Origin: an uncultured Dehalococcoidales bacterium
Lineage (GTDB): Bacteria > Chloroflexota > Dehalococcoidia > GIF9 > AB-539-J10
Direction: 5' to 3'
Assembly (NCBI GenBank): GCA_964429285.1
Contig: CAYSBO010000004.1
Location: forward strand, 1-39,721
DNA length: 39,721 nt
Positions 1 to 8,369 of this stretch are shown piece after piece (the stretch's first letter is position 1; the number at the start of each line of letters is the position of its first letter). The notes beneath the pieces were generated by a model. It worked only from the letters and a program-made list of their open reading frames with translations. It searched no databases and was not told the origin of the DNA. The position numbers and the translations under genes are program-made.

Positions 1-2
1 AA

Positions 3-1190
3 GACCTATACATTGAGTTTGGTGGGCCAAAAGTAACACATAAGTTTGAACTGGCGGCAGTCAAAAGTGCTGACGAAATAGAAAACGAAAAAGTGGAGAT
101 TATCGGCCCGGACATAGGTGATTTGCAACCTTACGATGAGGCGACGGGTAAAGGGGGAAGCTACCCTATAGCTGTCTTGGTTGATGTTGCCGGAGGGGAA
201 CTGGACAAGGATGCCGAAGCAATCATTGAGAGAAGGATTCACATGTTCACCAATATGGTTGAGGGGTGGTACCATATGAACCAGAGGCAGGATACATGGA
301 TGAGAATGAACAAGGACTGCTATAAGAAAGGATTTACTTCCCTCCGGGAGCTGGGAGAAATATATGTATTGCTTTATACGTCAGAGATGCCAATCATCGA
401 AGCCATCCAGGTAACTATTATCACGGACGAAAAGAAGATAGAGGAGCTCCTCCCTCATGCTTTGGAGGTTTACGCTGCCAGGGATGAACGGGCGAGGACC
501 TTGAATGACGAGGATGTAGATACTTTCTACGGCTGCGTCCTATGTCAGAGCTTCGCTCCAACTCATGTCTCTATTATAACCCCCAATAGAATCGCCAACT
601 GTGGAGCGATAAACTGGTTCGACGGCAGAGCTGCTGCCAAGATTGACCCTGACGGACCTATATTTGCCATACCAAAAGGAGAGCTCGTGGACCCGGTAAG
701 GGGTGAATATACAGGAGCGAATGAGATAGAAGCGGAAAAATCTCTGGGAACTTATGACAGAGTCTATCTCTACAGTGCATTCGAGCACCCTCACACGTCT
801 TGTGGCTGCTTCGAAGCAATTGTTTACTACATTCCTGAAACGGACGCCTTTGGGGTGGTGCATAGAGAATATAAGGGCGAAACTGTACTTGGCGAAACAT
901 TTTCGCACATGGCCGGTGAAACTTCTGGAGGAAAGCAGATAGAAGGAAGATTGGGGACCGGACTGGAGCAATTGAGGTCTCCTAAGTTCATCCAGGCAGA
1001 TGGTGGTCTGGCCAGAATTGTGTGGATGCCCAAAGAGTTAAGAGAAAGGTTCAAGGATGTCCTGGAAGCGAAAGGGCTCTACGATAAGATAGCCAGCGAG
1101 GAGGATGTCAAGAACGTGGACGAGCTGCTGGAGTTTCTGGACAAAGTCAAGCATCCCTGGTTGCAGGGGGAAGTGGAGCTTCCGACATAG
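3..1190 (+). CDS. acsB: CO-methylating acetyl-CoA synthase (ACS catalytic subunit, AcsB/CdhC type), C-terminal part; the 5' end lies outside the window
   Basis: The frame is open from the window edge, with no stop between nt 3 and the first listed Met at 93. The translation carries the A-cluster Cys-Gly-Cys signature (HTSCGCFEA) and a CVLCQSFAPTH segment typical of ACS. It is immediately followed by acsC. Confidence 0.88.
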   Translation, partial: DLYIEFGGPKVTHKFELAAVKSADEIENEKVEIIGPDIGDLQPYDEATGKGGSYPIAVLVDVAGGELDKDAEAIIERRIHMFTNMVEGWYHMNQRQDTWMRMNKDCYKKGFTSLRELGEIYVLLYTSEMPIIEAIQVTIITDEKKIEELLPHALEVYAARDERARTLNDEDVDTFYGCVLCQSFAPTHVSIITPNRIANCGAINWFDGRAAAKIDPDGPIFAIPKGELVDPVRGEYTGANEIEAEKSLGTYDRVYLYSAFEHPHTSCGCFEAIVYYIPETDAFGVVHREYKGETVLGETFSHMAGETSGGKQIEGRLGTGLEQLRSPKFIQADGGLARIVWMPKELRERFKDVLEAKGLYDKIASEEDVKNVDELLEFLDKVKHPWLQGEVELPT

Positions 1191-1258
1191 TTACAGGAAT
1201 AGTCAGCGGTCAGCAAAACTGAAAGCTGACAGCTATTGACCTTAGAAGGAGGTTTGTT

Positions 1259-2623
1259 ATGCCAGTTGCGGGTTCTGAAATCGTAAAGATGCTTCCCGGC
1301 AGAAAACCCTGTAGGGACTGTGGCTTCCCTACTTGTTTTGCCTTCGCTATGAAACTGGCCTCGGGCGGAACTACTGTGGACAAATGCCCCTACCTTTCGG
1401 ACGAGACGAAAGAGAAGTTGCTGGACCTTCTTGCGCCGCCGATAAAGCTTGTCACCGTAGGTGCTGGTGACAAGGCGGTACAAATTGGAAACGAAGAAGT
1501 GATATACCGGCATGAGAAGACCTTTGTCCATTCGCCAGGGATCGCTCTCCTCATCTCAGACAAAGATGACGATGCTAAGATCGAGGAGAAGATCAAGAAG
1601 ATAGAGGATTTGCAGTATCCGTGGGTCGGTGTAGACCTGGAGGCAGACTTGTTAGCACTGCGTTTCGAATCCGGGAGTAAGAACAAGTTTCTGGCTCTGG
1701 TGAAGAAGGTTTATGATTCAACAGACCTAGGCATGATCTTAATCTCCGAAGATATGGATGTCTTATTCGCTGCACGGGATATTTGCGCAGATAGGCACCC
1801 ACTCGTTTATCCCATAACCAAGGAAAACATTGATGAGGCCATTCCCAAGATCAAGGAGAATCTGACTCCGGTTGGCCTTCATGGGCATAGCGTTGAGGAA
1901 CTTGTTCCTCTGACTACCAAGCTGAAGGATGCGGGCATCGAGGAATTGGTTTTGGATCCGGGTTCAGACAATTTACTGGACGCGATAAGAGATCAGACTT
2001 TTGTCAGGAAGGCGGCACTAAAACAAGGTTTCAAGCCACTTGGGTATCCCACTATTGGTTTTCCTTGTTTCATGGCCAAGGATGGGTTGAAGGAAATGCT
2101 GGTGGGCGCTGCCTTCATAAACAAATGGGCTAGCCTCATTGTATTCTCTGATTTTGACCAGTATTCCCTGCTTCCTATTCTAGTTCAACGGCTTAACATC
2201 TACACCGATCCTCGTTTCCCCATGGCGGTAGAGGAGAAGTATTACGAAGTAGGAGAACCTGACGAATACTCTCCGGTTCTTGTCACGTCGAATTGGGCTT
2301 TGACCTACTTCCTGGTCTCTTCAGCAGTGGAGGCTACCAAGGTTCCTGCCTACGTTTGTGTTAAGGATGCGGAAGGGCTGGGTGTCCTGACTGCCTGGGC
2401 AGCGGGCAAGTTCAGTGGCGATTCCGTAGGAACATTCATCAAGAAGTCCGGCGTTGGGGACAGGGTGAAACATCGAAAGCTAGTTATCCCGGGGAAAGTA
2501 GCCAGGATCAAAGGTGAACTTGAAGACGCTCTCAATCTTGAGTGGGAGATAACGATCGGTCCCCGGGAGACGACCGGAATAGGAGCTTTTCTGCCTGGAT
2601 TTGCTAAGCAACTGAAGGGATAG
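1259..2623 (+). CDS. acsC: Corrinoid iron-sulfur protein large subunit (CFeSP gamma, AcsC/CdhE)
   Basis: 454 aa. The N-terminal C-x2-C-x4-C-x16-C [4Fe-4S] motif (CRDCGFPTCFAFAMKLASGGTTVDKCPY) is followed by a large barrel-sized domain. AGGAGG lies 6 nt upstream of the ATG. The gene is adjacent to acsB. Confidence 0.85.
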   Translation: MPVAGSEIVKMLPGRKPCRDCGFPTCFAFAMKLASGGTTVDKCPYLSDETKEKLLDLLAPPIKLVTVGAGDKAVQIGNEEVIYRHEKTFVHSPGIALLISDKDDDAKIEEKIKKIEDLQYPWVGVDLEADLLALRFESGSKNKFLALVKKVYDSTDLGMILISEDMDVLFAARDICADRHPLVYPITKENIDEAIPKIKENLTPVGLHGHSVEELVPLTTKLKDAGIEELVLDPGSDNLLDAIRDQTFVRKAALKQGFKPLGYPTIGFPCFMAKDGLKEMLVGAAFINKWASLIVFSDFDQYSLLPILVQRLNIYTDPRFPMAVEEKYYEVGEPDEYSPVLVTSNWALTYFLVSSAVEATKVPAYVCVKDAEGLGVLTAWAAGKFSGDSVGTFIKKSGVGDRVKHRKLVIPGKVARIKGELEDALNLEWEITIGPRETTGIGAFLPGFAKQLKG

Positions 2624-2642
2624 CTTTCAGACTGGCGCAGGA

Positions 2643-3146
2643 ATGGTTACAGAGGAACAAGTTGGCCAGGTAACAACTGAAATCTTAGGCTCCTATAGAA
2701 AAGATAGGAAAAACTTACTCCCCTTATTGCAGGAAGTCCAGACAAAGCTGGGGTATCTCCCCAAGGAAGCGATGAAAGGGATTGCCAGCTTCCTGGAGAT
2801 GCCGGAAGTCGAGGTCTGGGGGGTTGCCACCTTCTACAACCAGTTTCGCTTTGCCCCGTTAGGAAAATACCATATTGTGGTCTGTATGGGGACTGCCTGC
2901 CACCTAGCGGGAGGTAAGCTCATTATGGATGCCCTGGAGCGCGAGTTAGATATCAAAGTAGGCGAGACCACCGCGGATGGCTTCTTCAGCATGGAAAGAG
3001 TAGCCTGTATTGGATGCTGCATGCTGGCTCCCGTCATAGTAATAAAGGACAAAATCTATCCTAAGATGACGCCCTTCAAGGTGGAAGAAGTCTTGATACC
3101 GTATAAGCACGAAGCCGAAGGCGAGGGCGAAGATGAGGGGAGTTGA
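2643..3146 (+). CDS. NuoE/HydC/HoxE-like thioredoxin-fold [2Fe-2S] subunit (copy 1)
   Basis: 167 aa. The Cys pattern CMGTACHLAGG ... CIGCCMLAP is typical of NuoE-type 2Fe-2S proteins. The protein has an acidic C-terminal tail. It precedes a NuoF-like gene and has a paralog at 18882-19394. Confidence 0.85.
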   Translation: MVTEEQVGQVTTEILGSYRKDRKNLLPLLQEVQTKLGYLPKEAMKGIASFLEMPEVEVWGVATFYNQFRFAPLGKYHIVVCMGTACHLAGGKLIMDALERELDIKVGETTADGFFSMERVACIGCCMLAPVIVIKDKIYPKMTPFKVEEVLIPYKHEAEGEGEDEGS

Positions 3147-3182
3147 GGGAGGGCCCGCCCCCTTTTCCATTTTGTGTTTGAC

Positions 3183-5087
3183 ATGACTTTCAAGGAAATT
3201 AGCAGTAAGGCGAAGTCGGAATGGGAAGCTCTGCAGCAAGGCACTTATATTCTGGTGGGCGCCGCCACTTGTGGGCGGGCAGCCGGTGCTTTGGATGTAG
3301 TTGATGCTTTCAGGAAAGAGCTAACGAGAAGAAACCTGGAAGCACCAGTTATACAGGTGGGCTGCATGGGGTTGTGCCATGCTGAACCCCTAGTTGTCAT
3401 ATCCAAACCTGAATCTTTTCGTGTTGTCTACGCGAATGTAAGTCCGGAGGCTACGCAGCGCCTGGTGGAAGGTTACATTATGAGAGATGACCCTTGCTTT
3501 GAGCTTGCTTTGGGCACTCTTGAAGGAGGTGGAGGGGAAGCGATCTACGTTCCAGAACTGCCCAGGTTTGAGAAAGAACTTCACCTCATACTGGGCCGCT
3601 GTGGCCATATTGATCCTGAGAAAATAGATGATTATATTGCCAACGGGGGCTACACCGGTCTGGAGAGGGCGTTAGAGATGTCGCCCGAGGAAATAGTGGA
3701 AGAATTGAAGAAATCGGGGCTGCGTGGTAGGGGAGGAGCCGGGTTTCCTACTAGTCGGAAGTGGGATCAATGCCGTAACGCCAAAAGCAGGCCAAAATAT
3801 GTCATATGTAACGCTGATGAGGGCGACCCCGGTGCTTTTATGGATCGTGTGGTTTTGGAAAGCGACCCGAATCAAGTTATCGAGGGTATGATTATCGCTG
3901 GATATGCTGTAGGCGCTGAACAAGGTTACATCTATGTCCGTGCGGAATACCCGTTAGCTATTGAGCGTATCAGGATTGCCTTAAGGCAAGCGAAGGAACT
4001 GGGTCTTCTGGGAGAAGACATATTAGGGAGTGATTTTGGGTTCCACATCGAAATAGCAGCTGGGGCTGGCGCCTTCGTTTCGGGCGAAGCGACGGCGTTA
4101 GTTGCGGCTATGGAGGGTAGAAGAAGCGAACCCAGAGTCAAGCCTCCTCACCTTGTGGAGGCTGGCTTACGGAATAAGCCTACTTTGCTGAATAACGTTA
4201 AGACGTTTGCTTATGTCCCCTTGATAATTGAGCGTGGAGCGGATTGGTTCACCTCCATCGGCACCGAGGGAAGCAAAGGCACAGCGGTGTTTACCCTGGC
4301 GGGCAAGGTGGTTAACTCGGGGTTGACAGAAGTACCTATGGGGACCACTCTTCGGGAGCTTATCTATGATATCGGTGGCGGAATTACTGGCGATAAGCAG
4401 TTCAAAGCGGTACAGATAGGAGGGCCCTCAGGGGGTTGCCTTCCTGAGAGTTTGCTCGATAGCCCTATCGATTACGATTCGCTTCGAGAGGCCGGCTCTA
4501 TGATGGGTTCAGGGGGCATGATCGCCATGGATGAGGATAACTGTATGGTCGATGCTGCCAAGTTTTTTCTTGATTTCTCTACGAAGGAATCATGTGGGAA
4601 ATGCACTACGTGTCGCTTAGGGACTTTGCAGATGCTACAGATTTTGGAGGACATTACAGCAGGGCGAGGCACAATGGAGGATATAGACCTTCTTATCTCG
4701 CTAGCGGAGGATGTTAAGGCAGGGTCGCTTTGTGGCTTGGGCAAGACAGCTCCCAATCCTGTCCTCACGACGCTCCGCTATTTCCGGGATGAGTATGAGG
4801 CTCACGTCCTAGAGAAGCGTTGCCCTGCCAAAGTATGTCCTGAACTGATCGTGTACTACATACTCCCGGACAAGTGTGATAGGGCCTGTGAACACTGTGT
4901 TTTAACCTGTCCGACGGAAGCCATCAAGGGAGGAAAGGGCGAAGTCAAGGTTATAGATCAGGAAAAGTGTACTAAGTGCGGCACATGTTTGGAAGTGTGT
5001 CCGCCTGAGTACGATGCGGTGGTGAAACTATCGCCTGTTAGTTCGTTGCCCTCTACAAATTCAGCTGAGAAGAAAGCAGGGAAATGA
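3183..5087 (+). CDS. NuoF/HydB-like FMN and NAD(P)H-binding iron-sulfur flavoprotein (copy 1), with an N-terminal Trx-like 2Fe-2S domain and a C-terminal 2x[4Fe-4S] ferredoxin domain
   Basis: Motifs seen: GLRGRGGAGFPTSRKW, NADEGDPGAF, the N3-type cluster ESCGKCTTCR...SLCGLG, and C-terminal CDRACEHCVLTCP and CTKCGTCLEVCP. The ORF track starts at GTG 3174. I prefer ATG 3183 because MTFKEISSK aligns with the paralog N-terminus MNFEEIRSQ. The stop overlaps the cooC start (ATGA). Confidence 0.85.
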   Translation: MTFKEISSKAKSEWEALQQGTYILVGAATCGRAAGALDVVDAFRKELTRRNLEAPVIQVGCMGLCHAEPLVVISKPESFRVVYANVSPEATQRLVEGYIMRDDPCFELALGTLEGGGGEAIYVPELPRFEKELHLILGRCGHIDPEKIDDYIANGGYTGLERALEMSPEEIVEELKKSGLRGRGGAGFPTSRKWDQCRNAKSRPKYVICNADEGDPGAFMDRVVLESDPNQVIEGMIIAGYAVGAEQGYIYVRAEYPLAIERIRIALRQAKELGLLGEDILGSDFGFHIEIAAGAGAFVSGEATALVAAMEGRRSEPRVKPPHLVEAGLRNKPTLLNNVKTFAYVPLIIERGADWFTSIGTEGSKGTAVFTLAGKVVNSGLTEVPMGTTLRELIYDIGGGITGDKQFKAVQIGGPSGGCLPESLLDSPIDYDSLREAGSMMGSGGMIAMDEDNCMVDAAKFFLDFSTKESCGKCTTCRLGTLQMLQILEDITAGRGTMEDIDLLISLAEDVKAGSLCGLGKTAPNPVLTTLRYFRDEYEAHVLEKRCPAKVCPELIVYYILPDKCDRACEHCVLTCPTEAIKGGKGEVKVIDQEKCTKCGTCLEVCPPEYDAVVKLSPVSSLPSTNSAEKKAGK

Positions 5088-5851
5088 CCAAGACGATTGC
5101 TATCGCAGGGAAAGGCGGGACGGGCAAGACCACCGTTGCCGCCTTAGTGGTCAAGCTCCTTTCACAAAAGGGATTGGTACTGGCTGTAGATGCTGATCCG
5201 AGCACCAATCTTAACCAGGCGCTGGGACTACCTCTGGATGATGGTAGAACTGTGGGCAAAATACGCGAACAGATGACCGAGGATGTTTCCAAGGGTCGCT
5301 TCAATCCTACCATTGCCAAGCAGGAATATTTGTTCAGTAGGATAATGGAATCATTGGTAGAGTCCAAAGGTTTCGACCTCTTAGCTATGGGTCGCCCCGA
5401 AGGCCCCGGATGTTATTGTGCTTCTAATGAGTTTCTGCGTGTCTCCCTGGATAAGTTGGTCAAAGATTACAAATACGACTATATTGTTATGGATTGTGAG
5501 GCGGGCATGGAACATATTAGTCGCCAAACAACGAGGGATGTGGATGTTTTGCTTATTATGTCTGATCCCACGATGAGAGGCATCGGCACGGCGCGCCGAA
5601 TGAAGGACCTTATTGGGGAGCTAAGGACGAAGATTGGCGAAATGGGGCTCGTAGTCAATCGTGTTCAAGGAGAGTTATCTGCAGAAATGAAAACGGCAAT
5701 CGATGAATCAGGCCTTCAGATTGTTGCGTTGATCCCCGAGGACCCCGACATAGCCGGTCTTGAAATGCAGGGTAGGCCCGTAACTGAACTTGCCCAGGAA
5801 TCTCCTATTCGGCTAAAGGTCAAAGAGATAATCGAAGGCTTACATTTATGA
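5084..5851 (+). CDS. cooC: CooC/AcsF-type nickel-insertion ATPase (MinD/ParA-like P-loop NTPase)
   Basis: 255 aa. It has the deviant Walker A IAGKGGTGKTT and a CxC metal-binding motif (GPGCYCASNE), as in CODH/ACS maturation factor CooC. The start overlaps the nuoF-like stop by 4 nt. Confidence 0.8.
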   Translation: MTKTIAIAGKGGTGKTTVAALVVKLLSQKGLVLAVDADPSTNLNQALGLPLDDGRTVGKIREQMTEDVSKGRFNPTIAKQEYLFSRIMESLVESKGFDLLAMGRPEGPGCYCASNEFLRVSLDKLVKDYKYDYIVMDCEAGMEHISRQTTRDVDVLLIMSDPTMRGIGTARRMKDLIGELRTKIGEMGLVVNRVQGELSAEMKTAIDESGLQIVALIPEDPDIAGLEMQGRPVTELAQESPIRLKVKEIIEGLHL

Positions 5852-5916
5852 CTGAATGAACGTCCTCCCAGCGGAGGATTTAGAGAACAAGTCTGTAGAA
5901 AGGCAGGTAAGGACTT

Positions 5917-6780
5917 ATGGATACGAAAGAATACCCGGCAATATGGTTGCAGACTGCTGGATGTACCGGCTGCTCGGTTTCCCTGCTGAACGTGATAAAT
6001 CCCTCCATCAAGAACCTTCTAGTTGATGAAGTACTCCCGGGGAGTCACATAAATTTGAGGTTTCATCCTACTGTAATGGCTGGTTCGGGATCCCCTATAA
6101 TCGAAGCTATGGTGGATACCTCCCAGACGAAGAAAAAAGGTTACATCCTCATTGTAGAGGGAGCTATACCGACAGCGAAAGGTGGCATCCACGGAGTGGT
6201 AGGTGAAAAGGATGGTGGGCCAATGACCATGAAATCGTGGGTAGAAACACTGGCTGTGGATGCTTTGGCGGTGATTGCTCTGGGTAGCTGTGCCGCTTAT
6301 GGGGGCATTCCGGCTGCTTATCCCAATCCTACCCAGTGTCGCAGCGTCGGTGAGGTTCTTCAAGCCAAAGGCATCGATACCCCATTGGTAAATATCCCTG
6401 GCTGTCCACCGCACCCCGACTGGTTTGTAGGTACGGTGGCCACAATCTTGCTTTCCGGTCTGCCCAGTCCGGAGGATCTGGACGAGCTCGGGCGTCCCAA
6501 GGCTTTCTACGGACAAACGATCCACGAGAACTGCCCACGGCGTGCTTACTACGACGAGAATAAGTTTGCCAAAAAGTTTGGAGATCCTGGGTGCAACTAC
6601 GAACTGGGCTGCAGGGGCCCTGTAACCCATGCCGATTGTCCTGTAAGGTTGTGGAACAACAAGATGAACTGGTGTGTCGGCTGTGGTGCTACCTGCATAG
6701 GCTGTACCGAGCCTGAGTTCTTCGACATATCCCCACTCTATGAAAAAGTCAGCGAAGTTGCTCTGCCAGAGGAGGTTTGA
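5917..6780 (+). CDS. [NiFe] hydrogenase small subunit, three-cluster type, with no Tat signal and no C-terminal membrane anchor
   Basis: 287 aa. The proximal-cluster Cys are CTGCSVS, GSCAAYGG and GCPPHPD. The medial/distal region HENCPRR...GCRGPVTHADCP...CVGCGATCIGCTEPEFFD is collinear with mature group-1 small subunits such as E. coli HyaA (from memory). The N-terminus MDTKEYPAIWLQ lacks an RRxFxK twin-arginine motif. Confidence 0.9.
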   Translation: MDTKEYPAIWLQTAGCTGCSVSLLNVINPSIKNLLVDEVLPGSHINLRFHPTVMAGSGSPIIEAMVDTSQTKKKGYILIVEGAIPTAKGGIHGVVGEKDGGPMTMKSWVETLAVDALAVIALGSCAAYGGIPAAYPNPTQCRSVGEVLQAKGIDTPLVNIPGCPPHPDWFVGTVATILLSGLPSPEDLDELGRPKAFYGQTIHENCPRRAYYDENKFAKKFGDPGCNYELGCRGPVTHADCPVRLWNNKMNWCVGCGATCIGCTEPEFFDISPLYEKVSEVALPEEV

Positions 6781-6784
6781 ATCA

Positions 6785-8344
6785 ATGGGCAAGATAGTAA
6801 TCGATCCGGTAAGTCGTATTGAGGGGCATCTCAAAGTTGAGGCGGTGGTCGAGGATGGAAAAGTAAAGGAGGCCAAGAGTTCAGGGACCCTGTTCCGGGG
6901 CCTGGAGCTAATTATGAGAGGCAGAGACCCGCGCGATGCCCAGCGTATAACGCAGCGTATTTGTGGAGTCTGCCCTACAAGTCATTCTACCGCCGCGGCT
7001 TTGAACCTGGATAGCGCCTTTGGCATCGCTGACAAGATTCCCGATAACGGTAGAATCATACGCAACCTGATTTTGGGGGCAGCGCATATTGCTGACCATA
7101 TCCTTCACTTCTATCACCTAGTGGCTCTCGACTATGTAGATGTGGCTAGATTAGCGATATATGATGGCAACAACACCACACTAAATTCCATAAAGGACTT
7201 CATTGGGCGAGGGGAACTAGGTCCTTTTGTACCTCGGTACGAAGGTGATTATCGTCTACCGGATGAAGCTAACGAACAGGCGATAGCTCATTATGTCTCG
7301 GCGTTCGACATGCGTCGCAAGGCTCAGGAGATGCTCGCGCTGTTCGGTGGCAAGATGCCCCATAATATGGGTGTGATGCCGGGGGGAGTTGCTTCTGTGC
7401 CAACAGTGGACAATATGACATCCTTCCTGTGGAAATTGAAGGAGCTTCAAGAATTCATTGACAACGTGTACCTCCCCGACGTAGTGGCCATCGCCAAGGT
7501 GTACTCGGACCATTTTGAGATTGGGCGTGGTTGTGAGAATCTACTTGCTTATGGCTCTTATGAGCTGGACGGGAAGGAAGCCGACCTCACCAGTAGGAAA
7601 AGATTCTTCAAGCCGGGGACCACCTCTACCAGCCTCAAATTCAGTGAATTAGATCCGAGTAAGATCACAGAAGAGGTGAAGCATTCCTGGTATGTTGATT
7701 CTATCAGCGGGAGACATCCTTCGGAAGGAGATGTTATTCTTGATGAGGAGAAAAAGGGAGCTTATTCCTGGCTGAAATCACCTCGTTATGGTAAGGCAGT
7801 TTTTGAAGTTGGACCACTGGCTCGAATCATGGTCAACTATGTCAGCGGCGAGTCTGGAACCAAGAGCTTGGTTGATTCCGCCTTGTCGCAGGCAAATATA
7901 GGCGCCGACAAAATGTTTTCTGTCATGGGGCGCAATCTAGCTCGAGCCTTGGAAACGAAATTGATAGCCGACGCTATGTCGGGTTGGGTTCTAGAACTGA
8001 AGCCCGGACAGCCGGCTTATATAGACTATGAGCTGCCCGAAGAGTCTAGTGGAATGGGTCTGGTTGGTGCAGCGAGGGGTGCTCTGGGACACTGGATAGA
8101 CATAAAGGAAGGCAGGATTGCCAACTATCAAGTCATCACTCCTTCGACCTGGAATATTTCCCCAGAGGATGACCAGGACCAACCGGGTGCGCTGGAGCAG
8201 GCTATCGTGGGGACAACAATCAAGGATGAAGCTAATCCATTTGAGATAGTGCGCATCGTGAGGTCTTTTGATCCTTGTCTCGCTTGTTCTGTACATTTGG
8301 TCAATCTTAGAGGGCATGAGCTGACAAGGTTCAGAGTGTGCTAA
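6785..8344 (+). CDS. [NiFe] hydrogenase large (catalytic) subunit, uptake-type (group 1/2-like) sequence
   Basis: It carries the L1 motif RICGVCPTSHS and the L2 motif DPCLACSVH, followed by a 15-aa C-terminal extension. RIEGH, RGLELIMRGRDPRDA, YSWLKSPRY..EVGPLAR and ARGALGHW are collinear with E. coli HyaB (from memory). I chose ATG 6785, with GGAGG 9 nt upstream, over the ORF-track start 6740, which would overlap the small-subunit gene. Confidence 0.92.
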   Translation: MGKIVIDPVSRIEGHLKVEAVVEDGKVKEAKSSGTLFRGLELIMRGRDPRDAQRITQRICGVCPTSHSTAAALNLDSAFGIADKIPDNGRIIRNLILGAAHIADHILHFYHLVALDYVDVARLAIYDGNNTTLNSIKDFIGRGELGPFVPRYEGDYRLPDEANEQAIAHYVSAFDMRRKAQEMLALFGGKMPHNMGVMPGGVASVPTVDNMTSFLWKLKELQEFIDNVYLPDVVAIAKVYSDHFEIGRGCENLLAYGSYELDGKEADLTSRKRFFKPGTTSTSLKFSELDPSKITEEVKHSWYVDSISGRHPSEGDVILDEEKKGAYSWLKSPRYGKAVFEVGPLARIMVNYVSGESGTKSLVDSALSQANIGADKMFSVMGRNLARALETKLIADAMSGWVLELKPGQPAYIDYELPEESSGMGLVGAARGALGHWIDIKEGRIANYQVITPSTWNISPEDDQDQPGALEQAIVGTTIKDEANPFEIVRIVRSFDPCLACSVHLVNLRGHELTRFRVC

Positions 8345-8369
8345 TAGAAAACCGGAGGAAAAGTCGAGA

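Noticed and set aside
3174-3182. The GTG start for NuoF-like copy 1.
   Set aside because: Alignment with the paralog's N-terminus favours ATG 3183. Neither start has a good Shine-Dalgarno sequence, so this remains uncertain.
6740-6784. A 15-codon N-terminal extension of the hydrogenase large subunit in the ORF track (MKKSAKLLCQRRFES).
   Set aside because: It would overlap the small-subunit coding region. ATG 6785 has a GGAGG 9 nt upstream and gives the canonical N-terminus MGKIVIDPVSRIEGH.
6019-6876. A 285-aa ORF on the - strand.
   Set aside because: It lies entirely antisense to the well-supported hydrogenase small-subunit gene. Its translation is low-complexity and Arg/Ser/Thr/Pro-rich with no recognisable motif, so it is a typical shadow ORF.
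2643-8344. Interpreting nuoE-nuoF-...-small-large as a standard HoxEFUYH (group 3d) bidirectional hydrogenase.
   Set aside because: There is no HoxU-like gene. The small subunit is a long three-cluster type rather than a short HoxY. The large subunit carries uptake-type signatures (GRDPRDA, DPCLACSVH). I therefore kept the classification open and raised it as a finding.
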